Shown here: one piece after another, positions 57,341 to 64,000 of the stretch
Layout: every line of letters begins with the position of its first letter
Numbering within the stretch: position 1 is the stretch's first letter
From: an uncultured Gammaproteobacteria bacterium
GTDB taxonomy: Bacteria; Patescibacteriota; Microgenomatia; UBA10105; UBA927
Direction: 5' to 3'
DNA: 64,000 nucleotides
NCBI GenBank assembly: GCA_964621305.1
Contig: CAZUOM010000001.1
Coordinates: forward strand, 74,390-138,389
Notes under the pieces: generated by a model
Told to the model about the DNA's origin: nothing
The model's database searches: none
The model's input: the letters and a program-made list of their open reading frames with translations, nothing else
Made by a program: the position numbers and the translations under genes

Positions 57341-57415
57341 GGGAGGCCCGGACCGGACTTGAACCGGTGTATGGCTGTTTTGCAGACAGCCGCGTTACCT
57401 CTTCGCCACCGGGCC
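57341..57415 (-). tRNA. tRNA-Cys (anticodon GCA), CCA encoded
   Basis: cloverleaf folded by hand: acceptor GGCCCGG/CCGGGCC, anticodon loop CTGCAAA, T-arm ACCGG-TTCAAGT-CCGGT, discriminator U. Confidence 0.85.
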
Positions 57416-57769
57416 GCTATCACCTCCTTATTTTAACACGATTTCTCTCTCTCACAAAAACTATAATACTACGCCTACTACGGCAATCTTAGCCATGAGA
57501 CAATTATAGTATTTTGACAACCGAATGGTGATAGGAAGTTAAAAGAGAGAAAACTACTAAAGACCCTACGAGTACACCTCGTAGTTCTCGATCAAAATAG
57601 TTTTTTATTTAGAAAGGAGGTGATCCATCCCCAGCTTCGGCTAGGGATACCTTGTTACGACTTAGTCCCCATCGCTGAATTTAGCTTCCCCCCTCTTTTT
57701 AAGTTTTACCATGTGGTAGAACCCAAAAAGAGGGGGTTCGGCTACTTCCAACTTTGGTGGCTTGACGGA

Positions 57770-58619
57770 TTGGGATATAGTAAGGTTTATTCCCGTTCCC
57801 ACCGGACGTGCGGATTTTCCGCATCCGGCGAGTCAGATTGATTCAATGCATTCATGGTCCTTTTAAAAACTCTCAGGAGTTTCAATTCTTTCTGATTAAG
57901 TTTGCGCGTATCTTGCCGACTTCTGACAAGATCGGCAACAGCGGCAAACTTTTGAAAAGAAAATCGTTTAACTCCACGGAGTTGATGTTTTCGAAAAAAA
58001 GGAACAATGACTTGTTGGATATCATCCTGCTTGGTTACTTCAAAAACATACGATGGCCTGCGAAATCGTCTATATGCTTTTCCCCATTCTTGCTTTTTTA
58101 GGTGAACATAGCCGACCCCGAAAAAGCCTTTAATTTGCTCCAAGACTTCTTTATTGTCGTATTGTTGTGTTATAAAATATCGCAAAACGATTCGATGATC
58201 TTGCCGAATTTATACGTAGAAGCAACCTTCACCATCTGTAAATCCAACGATATACGCTGCATTGATCTTTCCGTTATTTTCCTTCCGCATGATTTCACTG
58301 TATTTCGTATCGAAATACCTGTCAAACACACGTACTATGAAAACAGCTGACTTCCTTTTGGGCAATTGCCTCATCCCAAAAGGATCTCCTTGGGTTACGT
58401 AACAATCTATTCCTGACATCCTGACAGAGAATTATTTTGTTGACTTCCTCCAAACCGCCCGGCTGGAGTCGTCTAACGTCTCATATGTTGTCAGGCTGTC
58501 ATTTGCCTCAGACCCTTCATCCTTCGGGTTACCCCTTGGGACTGTCAAATTTTTTTGGCTATAAAGTAGGATTTGAACCTACTAGATTGTTCCGCTGCCA
58601 AGCGCTTTAATTAAATTAC
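57770..58619 (-). mobile_element. ~850-nt intron in 16S rRNA at the C1400 region, probably group I, carrying a LAGLIDADG homing-endonuclease pseudogene
   Basis: exon homology breaks after CACACCGCC and resumes at CGTCAAGCC...; boundaries +/-2 nt. Confidence 0.7.
57787..58290 (-). pseudogene. single-motif LAGLIDADG homing endonuclease (I-CreI-like) with one in-frame TAA at 58210-58212
   Basis: YIVGFTDGEGCF motif and a downstream GVGYV block; the two ORFs share a frame. Confidence 0.7.
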
Positions 58620-59128
58620 GGCGGTGTGTACAAGACCCGAGAACGTATTCACCGCGGCCTGCTGATCCGCGATTACTACCAATTCCGACTTCATGGGGTC
58701 GAGTTGCAGACCCCAATCTGAACTGAGGCGAAATTTCAGAGATTTGCTTGCCGTTGCCGGCTTGCGTCCCGTTGTTGTTCGCCATTGTAGGGTGTGTGTG
58801 GCCCAGGGTATAAGCGCCGTGCTGACATGTCGTCGTCCCTTCCTTCCTCCCCCTCTTTTTAACCTTCAGATAGACCCAAAATCTTCCTGTAGATCAAAAA
58901 GAGGGGGCGGTCCCTGATGACACTTGTAACATCAGGTAGGGGTTGCGCTCGTTTCGCCACTTAAGGGAACACCTCACGGCACGAGCTGACGGCTGCCATG
59001 CAGCAGCTGTCCCCCCTTTTCTATCTTGCGATAGACCCTTTCCCTGTTTCCAGAGCAGGAAAAGGGGGGATTTCAAACCCTGGTGAGGTCCTTCGCTTTG
59101 TCTCGAATTGAACCACACGCTCCACTGG

Positions 59129-59160
<32 letters not shown>

Positions 59161-60072
59161 TAATCTTGCGATCGTACTCCCCAGGCGGGGCGCTTAACGC
59201 GTTAGCTTACGTCACCCCGATTACTCGGGGTAACTAGCGCCCATGCGTTTAGGGCACGGACTACGCAGGTCTCTAATCTGCTTCGCTCCCCGTGCTTTCG
59301 TGTCTCAGCGTCAGGAGAAGCCCAAGAAGGTGCCTACGCCTTTGGTGTTCCTTGCGATATCAACGCATTTCACTGCTTCACCGCAAGTTCCCCTTCCCTC
59401 TGCTTCCCTCAAGCTCACCCATCTCGTACACGATGCCGAGGTTGGGCCTCGACATTTCACGTACGATGCGATAAGCCGCCTACACGACTCTTTACGCCCA
59501 GTAAATCCGGATAACGCTTGCACCCCACGTATTACCGCGACTGCTGGCACGTGGTTTGTAGGTGCTTATTCTTCTCGCCTCGATTGCGGGATAAAAGAGG
59601 TTTACAACCCGAAGGCCTTCTTCCCTCACGCGGTGTCGCTCGGTCAGGCTTTCGCCCATTGCCGAATATTCCCGGTTGCTGCCGTCCGTAGACGTATGGC
59701 CCGTGTCTCAGTGCCATTGTGGGGGGTCGTGCTCTCACACCCCCTACCCGTTGTTGCCTTGGTAGGCTTTTACCCTACCAACTAGCTGATGGGCGCAAGG
59801 CCGCTCCAAAACCGGGAGGTTAATCCCTTTATACTTCGATTGCTCTCAGTACACATGCCGAATTACCCCGTCTTTCGACGAGCTATACGATAGTTTTGGG
59901 TACGTTCCTTGCTTATCCTCACCCGTCCGCCTCTACGTGCTCCGCACGCAGAAGTTTAGCAGCTTAGAAGTTTAGAAGCTTGGTATTTTTTTTACTAAGC
60001 TTCTGGTCTCGCTAAGCTTCACTAAGCTTCTCTGTGCGAAGCACATCGATCGACTTGCATGCCTAAGGCACA

Positions 60073-60108
<36 letters not shown>

Positions 60109-60227
60109 AAAAAAATTTTTTTCCTATCACCATTCGATTGTCAAGGAGCTGAAATGAGCATCAAATAACCCGCCATTGGCGGGCTTTACTAACCCCTATT
60201 CCTAATGGCTTGGCCTCAATCACTCAT

Positions 60228-60256
60228 TGCAACTAGTATTATAGAGGGGCAAAAAT
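60228..60256 (-). promoter_or_regulatory. 16S rRNA promoter TTGACG-17-TATAAT (minus strand)
   Basis: -35 at 60251-56 and -10 at 60228-33 as reverse complement, ~115 nt upstream of the mature 16S 5' end. Confidence 0.55.
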
Positions 60257-60272
60257 CGGTCGTCAAGGGGTA

Positions 60273-60632
60273 TTATCCCAAAATCATCGGCAGAGGCAAA
60301 AGGTCGCGCTTGAAGGGGTCGAGGACAAAACCCAGTGATTCAAGAGTAGTAGCGCCAAGCAGCGTACTATCGTCCTTTTCACCGAAAATAACCGATGCTC
60401 CCCCTGTTCTACCCTTGTAGAAAAATCTTGCCACCCCCAATCTTCTCTTCATCGTCTGGCCGTTGGCGAGAATAAATTCACGCTCTTCTTCTGGCTTTAT
60501 ACCAATCTCTTTTAATGTTTTTTGGGGAACGACAGAGTATGCCGCACCTGAGTCAATGAGAAACTTTAGGTTTGCGGCTCTTTTGGGATTTGCCGGATGG
60601 CTAATAGTAATAGGAAGCATCGTCATTACCAT
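60273..60632 (-). CDS. retropepsin-like aspartic protease (clan AA), paralog of 50023..50379
   Basis: FLIDSGAAYSVV active-site motif. Confidence 0.6.
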   Translation of the reverse strand: MVMTMLPITISHPANPKRAANLKFLIDSGAAYSVVPQKTLKEIGIKPEEEREFILANGQTMKRRLGVARFFYKGRTGGASVIFGEKDDSTLLGATTLESLGFVLDPFKRDLLPLPMILG

Positions 60633-60721
60633 ACCGCCGTATTATAGCAGAGAAAAAAATGGGTGTTCATACATCATCGATCTAATTTTAACCGCCGCTG
60701 TCCTTCGGTCAATACCCATCA

Positions 60722-61255
60722 TCAAGTCTTTTGCCTCATAACTTCATACAAAACGATCCCCAGAGCAACCATCACATTCAAGCTCTTGTTTACACCCCAC
60801 ATCGGGAGCTGGGCTATGGCATCGGCCATATCGAGAACGTCTTTGGAAACTCCTGTCGTTTCGTTTCCCACGACGATTGCGATAGGAAATTTGTACTGCA
60901 CTTCATAAAACGGCTTACTTCTTTTGTCTTGTTCTACAGCGATTATTTTGACATTTGACGTTTGACGTTTGACGTTGACAATGGCTTCCGACGCAGTCGC
61001 AACATATTGCCAATCCACCCAAGCCCACGTATTGATGGATGCTTTTTTTATACGGCTGTTGGGTGGGATCTCTGTTTGGCCGCAGAGGTACACCTTTTCC
61101 GCCGCCACCGCATCGGCGAGCCGAAAAATCGATCCGACGTTATAGGTGTCTAAGACATTATCAACAATAATCGTGATGAGATTTTTTTTGATGGCTTTGG
61201 CTGATTGTGGATCCGGCACGTTTGTTCGCAACTGTTTAGCATTGAGTTTGATCAT
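60722..61255 (-). CDS. SpoU/TrmH-family RNA 2'-O-methyltransferase
   Basis: SPOUT motifs (NVGSIFRLADA; VVGNETTGVS); contains an in-frame (GTCAAAC)x4 repeat at 60941-60984. Confidence 0.8.
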   Translation of the reverse strand: MIKLNAKQLRTNVPDPQSAKAIKKNLITIIVDNVLDTYNVGSIFRLADAVAAEKVYLCGQTEIPPNSRIKKASINTWAWVDWQYVATASEAIVNVKRQTSNVKIIAVEQDKRSKPFYEVQYKFPIAIVVGNETTGVSKDVLDMADAIAQLPMWGVNKSLNVMVALGIVLYEVMRQKT

Positions 61256-61788
61256 GGTGACTTTTTTCGACTAAACACTCTTTGATTGATTATCAACCCC
61301 AACGCCCAACCTAAAAATCCGCCAGCAATGACATCGAGTGGAAAATGGACACCCAAATAGACACGAGAGAAAGAGATGAGTGTGGCGAGTGCATAAAAAA
61401 ACCAACGCAGTTTGGGCTCTTTTTGCGAAAGCGGGACCACCATAGCCCAGGCAATCGCTGCGTGACCGGACGGAAACGAAAAACTAGCCGGCCGGCCACC
61501 GACGATAATGGCCTCCATCCAGAGACTTGGCCGGGAGCGGGCAATCATAGGTTTGATAAGTTCCTCAACCAAGCCCCATATCGCAAGGGCAAGAACCCCA
61601 AGTCTAAACGCAAACCTCAGGTCCTTGCGTTCTTCTCGAAAAAATAACCACAACCCCAACAAAAACCAAATGATCCCCGCCGTCCCTACTCCGGAAACAA
61701 TCATCGCCAACCCATTTAAAAAGGCGTTGTGCGGCAGGTGGTTAATGAGGAGAAAGAGTTGTTGATCGAAAAGAAGGAAAAACTTCAT
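61252..61788 (-). CDS. PAP2-family phosphatase (undecaprenyl-diphosphatase/PgpB-like)
   Basis: KxxxxxxRP, PSGH and SRxxxxxHxxxD motifs. Confidence 0.85.
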   Translation of the reverse strand: MKFFLLFDQQLFLLINHLPHNAFLNGLAMIVSGVGTAGIIWFLLGLWLFFREERKDLRFAFRLGVLALAIWGLVEELIKPMIARSRPSLWMEAIIVGGRPASFSFPSGHAAIAWAMVVPLSQKEPKLRWFFYALATLISFSRVYLGVHFPLDVIAGGFLGWALGLIINQRVFSRKKSP

Positions 61789-61841
61789 GGAGTCGTTTTA
61801 CAAGGGGTCCCCTTGCATAGCAAGGGGACCCCTTAAAAAAA

Positions 61842-62129
61842 TTACGGTGTCGGCGTTGCGCTGCCGGTGGCTGTCGGAGTCAGTGCTGGCTTGGGAGTAG
61901 CAGTTGGTTTAGGCGTTACTTTCTTAGTAGGAGTTGGGGTAGCAGTTTCGACTGGGATAGGAGCGATGGTGGGAGTAGGGGTCACGAAAATAATTTTGAT
62001 CGCGCCCTCCTCCGGCACGGGAGAGACGATTTTCTTGCCCGAGACGAGGGCTCCGACGACAATAACACCAAGAACGATCACCCCAACAATGATCGTAATG
62101 GCAGCGAGTGTTTTCTGGCGGTCCTCCAT
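61842..62129 (-). CDS. small membrane-anchored Pro/Thr-rich protein
   Basis: TM helix plus PT-rich tail. Confidence 0.4.
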   Translation of the reverse strand: MEDRQKTLAAITIIVGVIVLGVIVVGALVSGKKIVSPVPEEGAIKIIFVTPTPTIAPIPVETATPTPTKKVTPKPTATPKPALTPTATGSATPTP

Positions 62130-62200
62130 ACTCTAAGAATAGCACAAAAGTTCATAAAAAAGTAACGCTTTACAACTTTATAACTTTATAAACTTTCTAC

Positions 62201-64000
62201 TCATTTTATGTCTTCTTTCTTCCATGCTGCAAAATTGCACTTGGGCCAGTTGCGGCAGCCGTAGAAAGTTTTGCCGCGCTTACTTTTTTTGATGACGATG
62301 TCGCCCCCATCACGCGGGCACTTCATATCGATTTTCTCGACAATCGCCCGAGTGTATTTACACTTTGGGAATGTTGAGCAGGCAATAAATTTCCCGTAGC
62401 GGCCGGTGCGAATAACCAGTTTGCCCACATTACATTTCGGACAGGTTTCATCCAACTCCTCAACCGGAACCTGAACTTTCGTCGCCGTCTCATATGTTTT
62501 TTCCAAATCAGCTGCAAACGGCTGCCAAAATGCGGATATCACCGGTTGCCATTGTTTGTTCCCATTTGCGATGGCATCCAGATCATCTTCTAGAGCCGCG
62601 GTAAACGGCAAATCTATGATATTGGGAAAATGGCTCACCAGAAAATCCGTGACAGCGAAACCCAGATCCGTCGGCACTAGCTTTTTATCCTCTCGCGCCA
62701 CATATTGCCGCTCCTGGATAGTAGCAATGGTCGGGGCATAGGTCGACGGCCTGCCAATACCTTTTTCCTCGAGTGTTTTGACTAGAGTTGCCTCTGTGTA
62801 TCTCGGCGGCGGAGAAGTGAAGTGTTGAGACGGGATAGCCTCGACTAAGCTTATCTGCTGCCCAACGGCGACGGTGGGAACCACAACTTCTTCTGCGTCG
62901 CGTCCGGTAATTTTAAGAAAACCTTCAAACTTGATCACTGATCCTTGCGCTACAAACTCGTAGCCATTGGAGCTGTTTATGGTTATCGTTGTTGAGTCAA
63001 ATACCGCCTCCGCAGCTTGTGTAGCGACTGCCCGCTTCCAAATAAGGTCATAGAGTCTTTGATGATCTTTATTGAGTTCACTATTTGATATTTGATCTTT
63101 GATATTTGATATTTCGACCTTCGTAGGTCGAATGGCCTCATGCGCTTCCTGGGCGACTTTTGATTTTGTTTTGTATCTTCTCGGCAAGGGTGCAACATAC
63201 TCCCGTCCGTATTCACTAGTGATGTAATCGCGAGCGCTCCCGATAAATTTCTCAGCCAAGTTGAAGCTGTCGGTACGGTGGTAAGTAATACAGCCTTCCT
63301 CGTAGAGTTTTTGGGCAAGCTGCATGATGCGCCTAGCTGAAAATCCCAAGCGCCGGCCGGCATCCTGCTGAAGGCTGCTCGTCGTGTACGGCGGCGGCGG
63401 GTAGCGCTTGACTTCTTTTTTATCAACCGCAGAAACCATGTACGGCGCTTTCAAATCTTGTATTATGTTGTTAGCTATTTGTTGGCTTTTAATGGTTGAC
63501 GAAGTCGTCGTGTATTTCCCGTCAAAAAGGTCGAGTGTAATCGTTTTTTCGTATTTAACTCCATCTTTGACAACCAACTCGGCACGCAAATCTTGCTCAA
63601 ACAGCCCTTCAATCGTCCAAAATTCTTCTTTGACGAACTTTCCTATTTCTCGTTCGCGCTCGACGATTAGCCGAACTGCTACCGACTGCACGCGGCCTGC
63701 GGACAACCAACGTCGAGATAGCTTCTGCCACAGAAGCGGAGAGAGTTTGTAACCGACGAGCCGGTCCAAAACACGCCGGGCCTGCTGGGCGTTGACCAGT
63801 TGAATGTCTATCGAACGAGGGTTCCCAAGCGCCTCTTTGATTGCAGACTCAGTAATTTCGTGAAACACTATTCTCGTGAATTTCGAATTTGGAATTTTAG
63901 ATTTTGGATTTGTTTGGGATTTGGGATTTGGGATTTGGGATTTGCTTTTCAGAAGCTCTGCGACATGAAAAGCTATCGCTTCCCCCTCCCGGTCCGGGTC
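62201..64000 (-). CDS. topA: DNA topoisomerase I (partial; the 5' end runs off the window)
   Basis: the ORF track starts at the GTG at 63868, but the same frame stays open to 64000 and encodes the Toprim end (DPDREGEAIAFHV); C-terminal Zn ribbons; two in-frame heptamer-repeat insertions. Confidence 0.9.
   Translation of the reverse strand, partial: DPDREGEAIAFHVAELLKSKSQIPNPKSQTNPKSKIPNSKFTRIVFHEITESAIKEALGNPRSIDIQLVNAQQARRVLDRLVGYKLSPLLWQKLSRRWLSAGRVQSVAVRLIVEREREIGKFVKEEFWTIEGLFEQDLRAELVVKDGVKYEKTITLDLFDGKYTTTSSTIKSQQIANNIIQDLKAPYMVSAVDKKEVKRYPPPPYTTSSLQQDAGRRLGFSARRIMQLAQKLYEEGCITYHRTDSFNLAEKFIGSARDYITSEYGREYVAPLPRRYKTKSKVAQEAHEAIRPTKVEISNIKDQISNSELNKDHQRLYDLIWKRAVATQAAEAVFDSTTITINSSNGYEFVAQGSVIKFEGFLKITGRDAEEVVVPTVAVGQQISLVEAIPSQHFTSPPPRYTEATLVKTLEEKGIGRPSTYAPTIATIQERQYVAREDKKLVPTDLGFAVTDFLVSHFPNIIDLPFTAALEDDLDAIANGNKQWQPVISAFWQPFAADLEKTYETATKVQVPVEELDETCPKCNVGKLVIRTGRYGKFIACSTFPKCKYTRAIVEKIDMKCPRDGGDIVIKKSKRGKTFYGCRNWPKCNFAAWKKEDIK
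63877..63946. repeat. tandem heptamers (GGGATTT)x4 plus degenerate units in frame inside topA (encodes KSKSQIPNPKSQTNPKSKIPNSK)
   Basis: seen directly; a second run (TATTTGA)x5 at 63082-63115 is also in frame in topA. Confidence 0.8.

Noticed and set aside
50369-58419. Possible stop-codon reassignment (TGA or TAA as sense), given four genes with clean in-frame nonsense codons
   Set aside because: Conserved genes across the window end at TGA, TAA and TAG with normal-length C-termini (e.g. ATGA overlaps at vapB/vapC, hisS, dcd; RF1-like ends at TAA). Three of the four interrupted genes are mobile or decaying elements, so pseudogenes are the simpler reading.
57677-58915. CCCCCTCTTTTT / AAAAAGAGGGGG inverted repeats as terminators
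   Set aside because: They lie inside the 16S gene and correspond to rRNA helices (h44 region and the 1120-1150 region).
59941-60020. Repetitive AGAAGCTTAG / TAAGCTTCT block as a mobile element or second intron
   Set aside because: It lies at the V1 (helix 6) position of 16S and forms a self-complementary extended stem, so it is an expansion segment.

Overview
This 64-kb window looks like part of a small, gene-dense bacterial genome with CPR/Patescibacteria-like traits. The 16S rRNA carries an ~850-nt intron with a decayed LAGLIDADG gene and is not linked to a 23S gene. EF-Ts is a short form, and the rpsF-ssb-rpsR and rpsB-tsf-frr clusters are compact. Most of the window is housekeeping: hisS, cysS, proS, glyA, glmS, prs, dnaX-ybaB-recR, topA (partial), ribosomal proteins L31/S18/S6/S21/S2, frr, tsf, ychF, rseP, htrA, ctpA and ybeY. 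Accessory content is interleaved. It includes a REP-associated tyrosine transposase flanked by REP palindromes, with a third REP copy 12 kb away. There is a pyrimidine/deoxynucleotide island (tdk, two tmk paralogs, a dNK, a HAD, dcd, and a thymidylate-synthase-family enzyme with long N- and C-terminal extensions). A ClpC/ClpA-like unfoldase has a degenerate D1 ring, with its N-domain in a separate ORF across an A8 run, and sits next to a transglutaminase-like protein. An RF1-like release factor lacks domain 1 and is in frame with an extended L31. A sortase sits beside a PKD-repeat surface protein. Two retropepsin-like paralogs are present, as are two VapBC-type TA pairs. A tRNA-Cys / IS3-remnant / orphan gene / tRNA-Ile islet lies next to the 16S gene. 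A wHTH + Cas2-like gene is flanked by two copies of a 35-bp palindromic element. A recurring feature is short (7-8 nt) T-rich tandem repeats embedded in frame in conserved CDSs (cysS, topA x2, recR, trmH-like) and at gene junctions. Several genes have clean in-frame stop codons (homing endonuclease, IS3 remnant, radical-SAM remnant, an MFS transporter). I read these as pseudogenes, not recoding. I found no CRISPR array, no cas operon and no complete named defence system.
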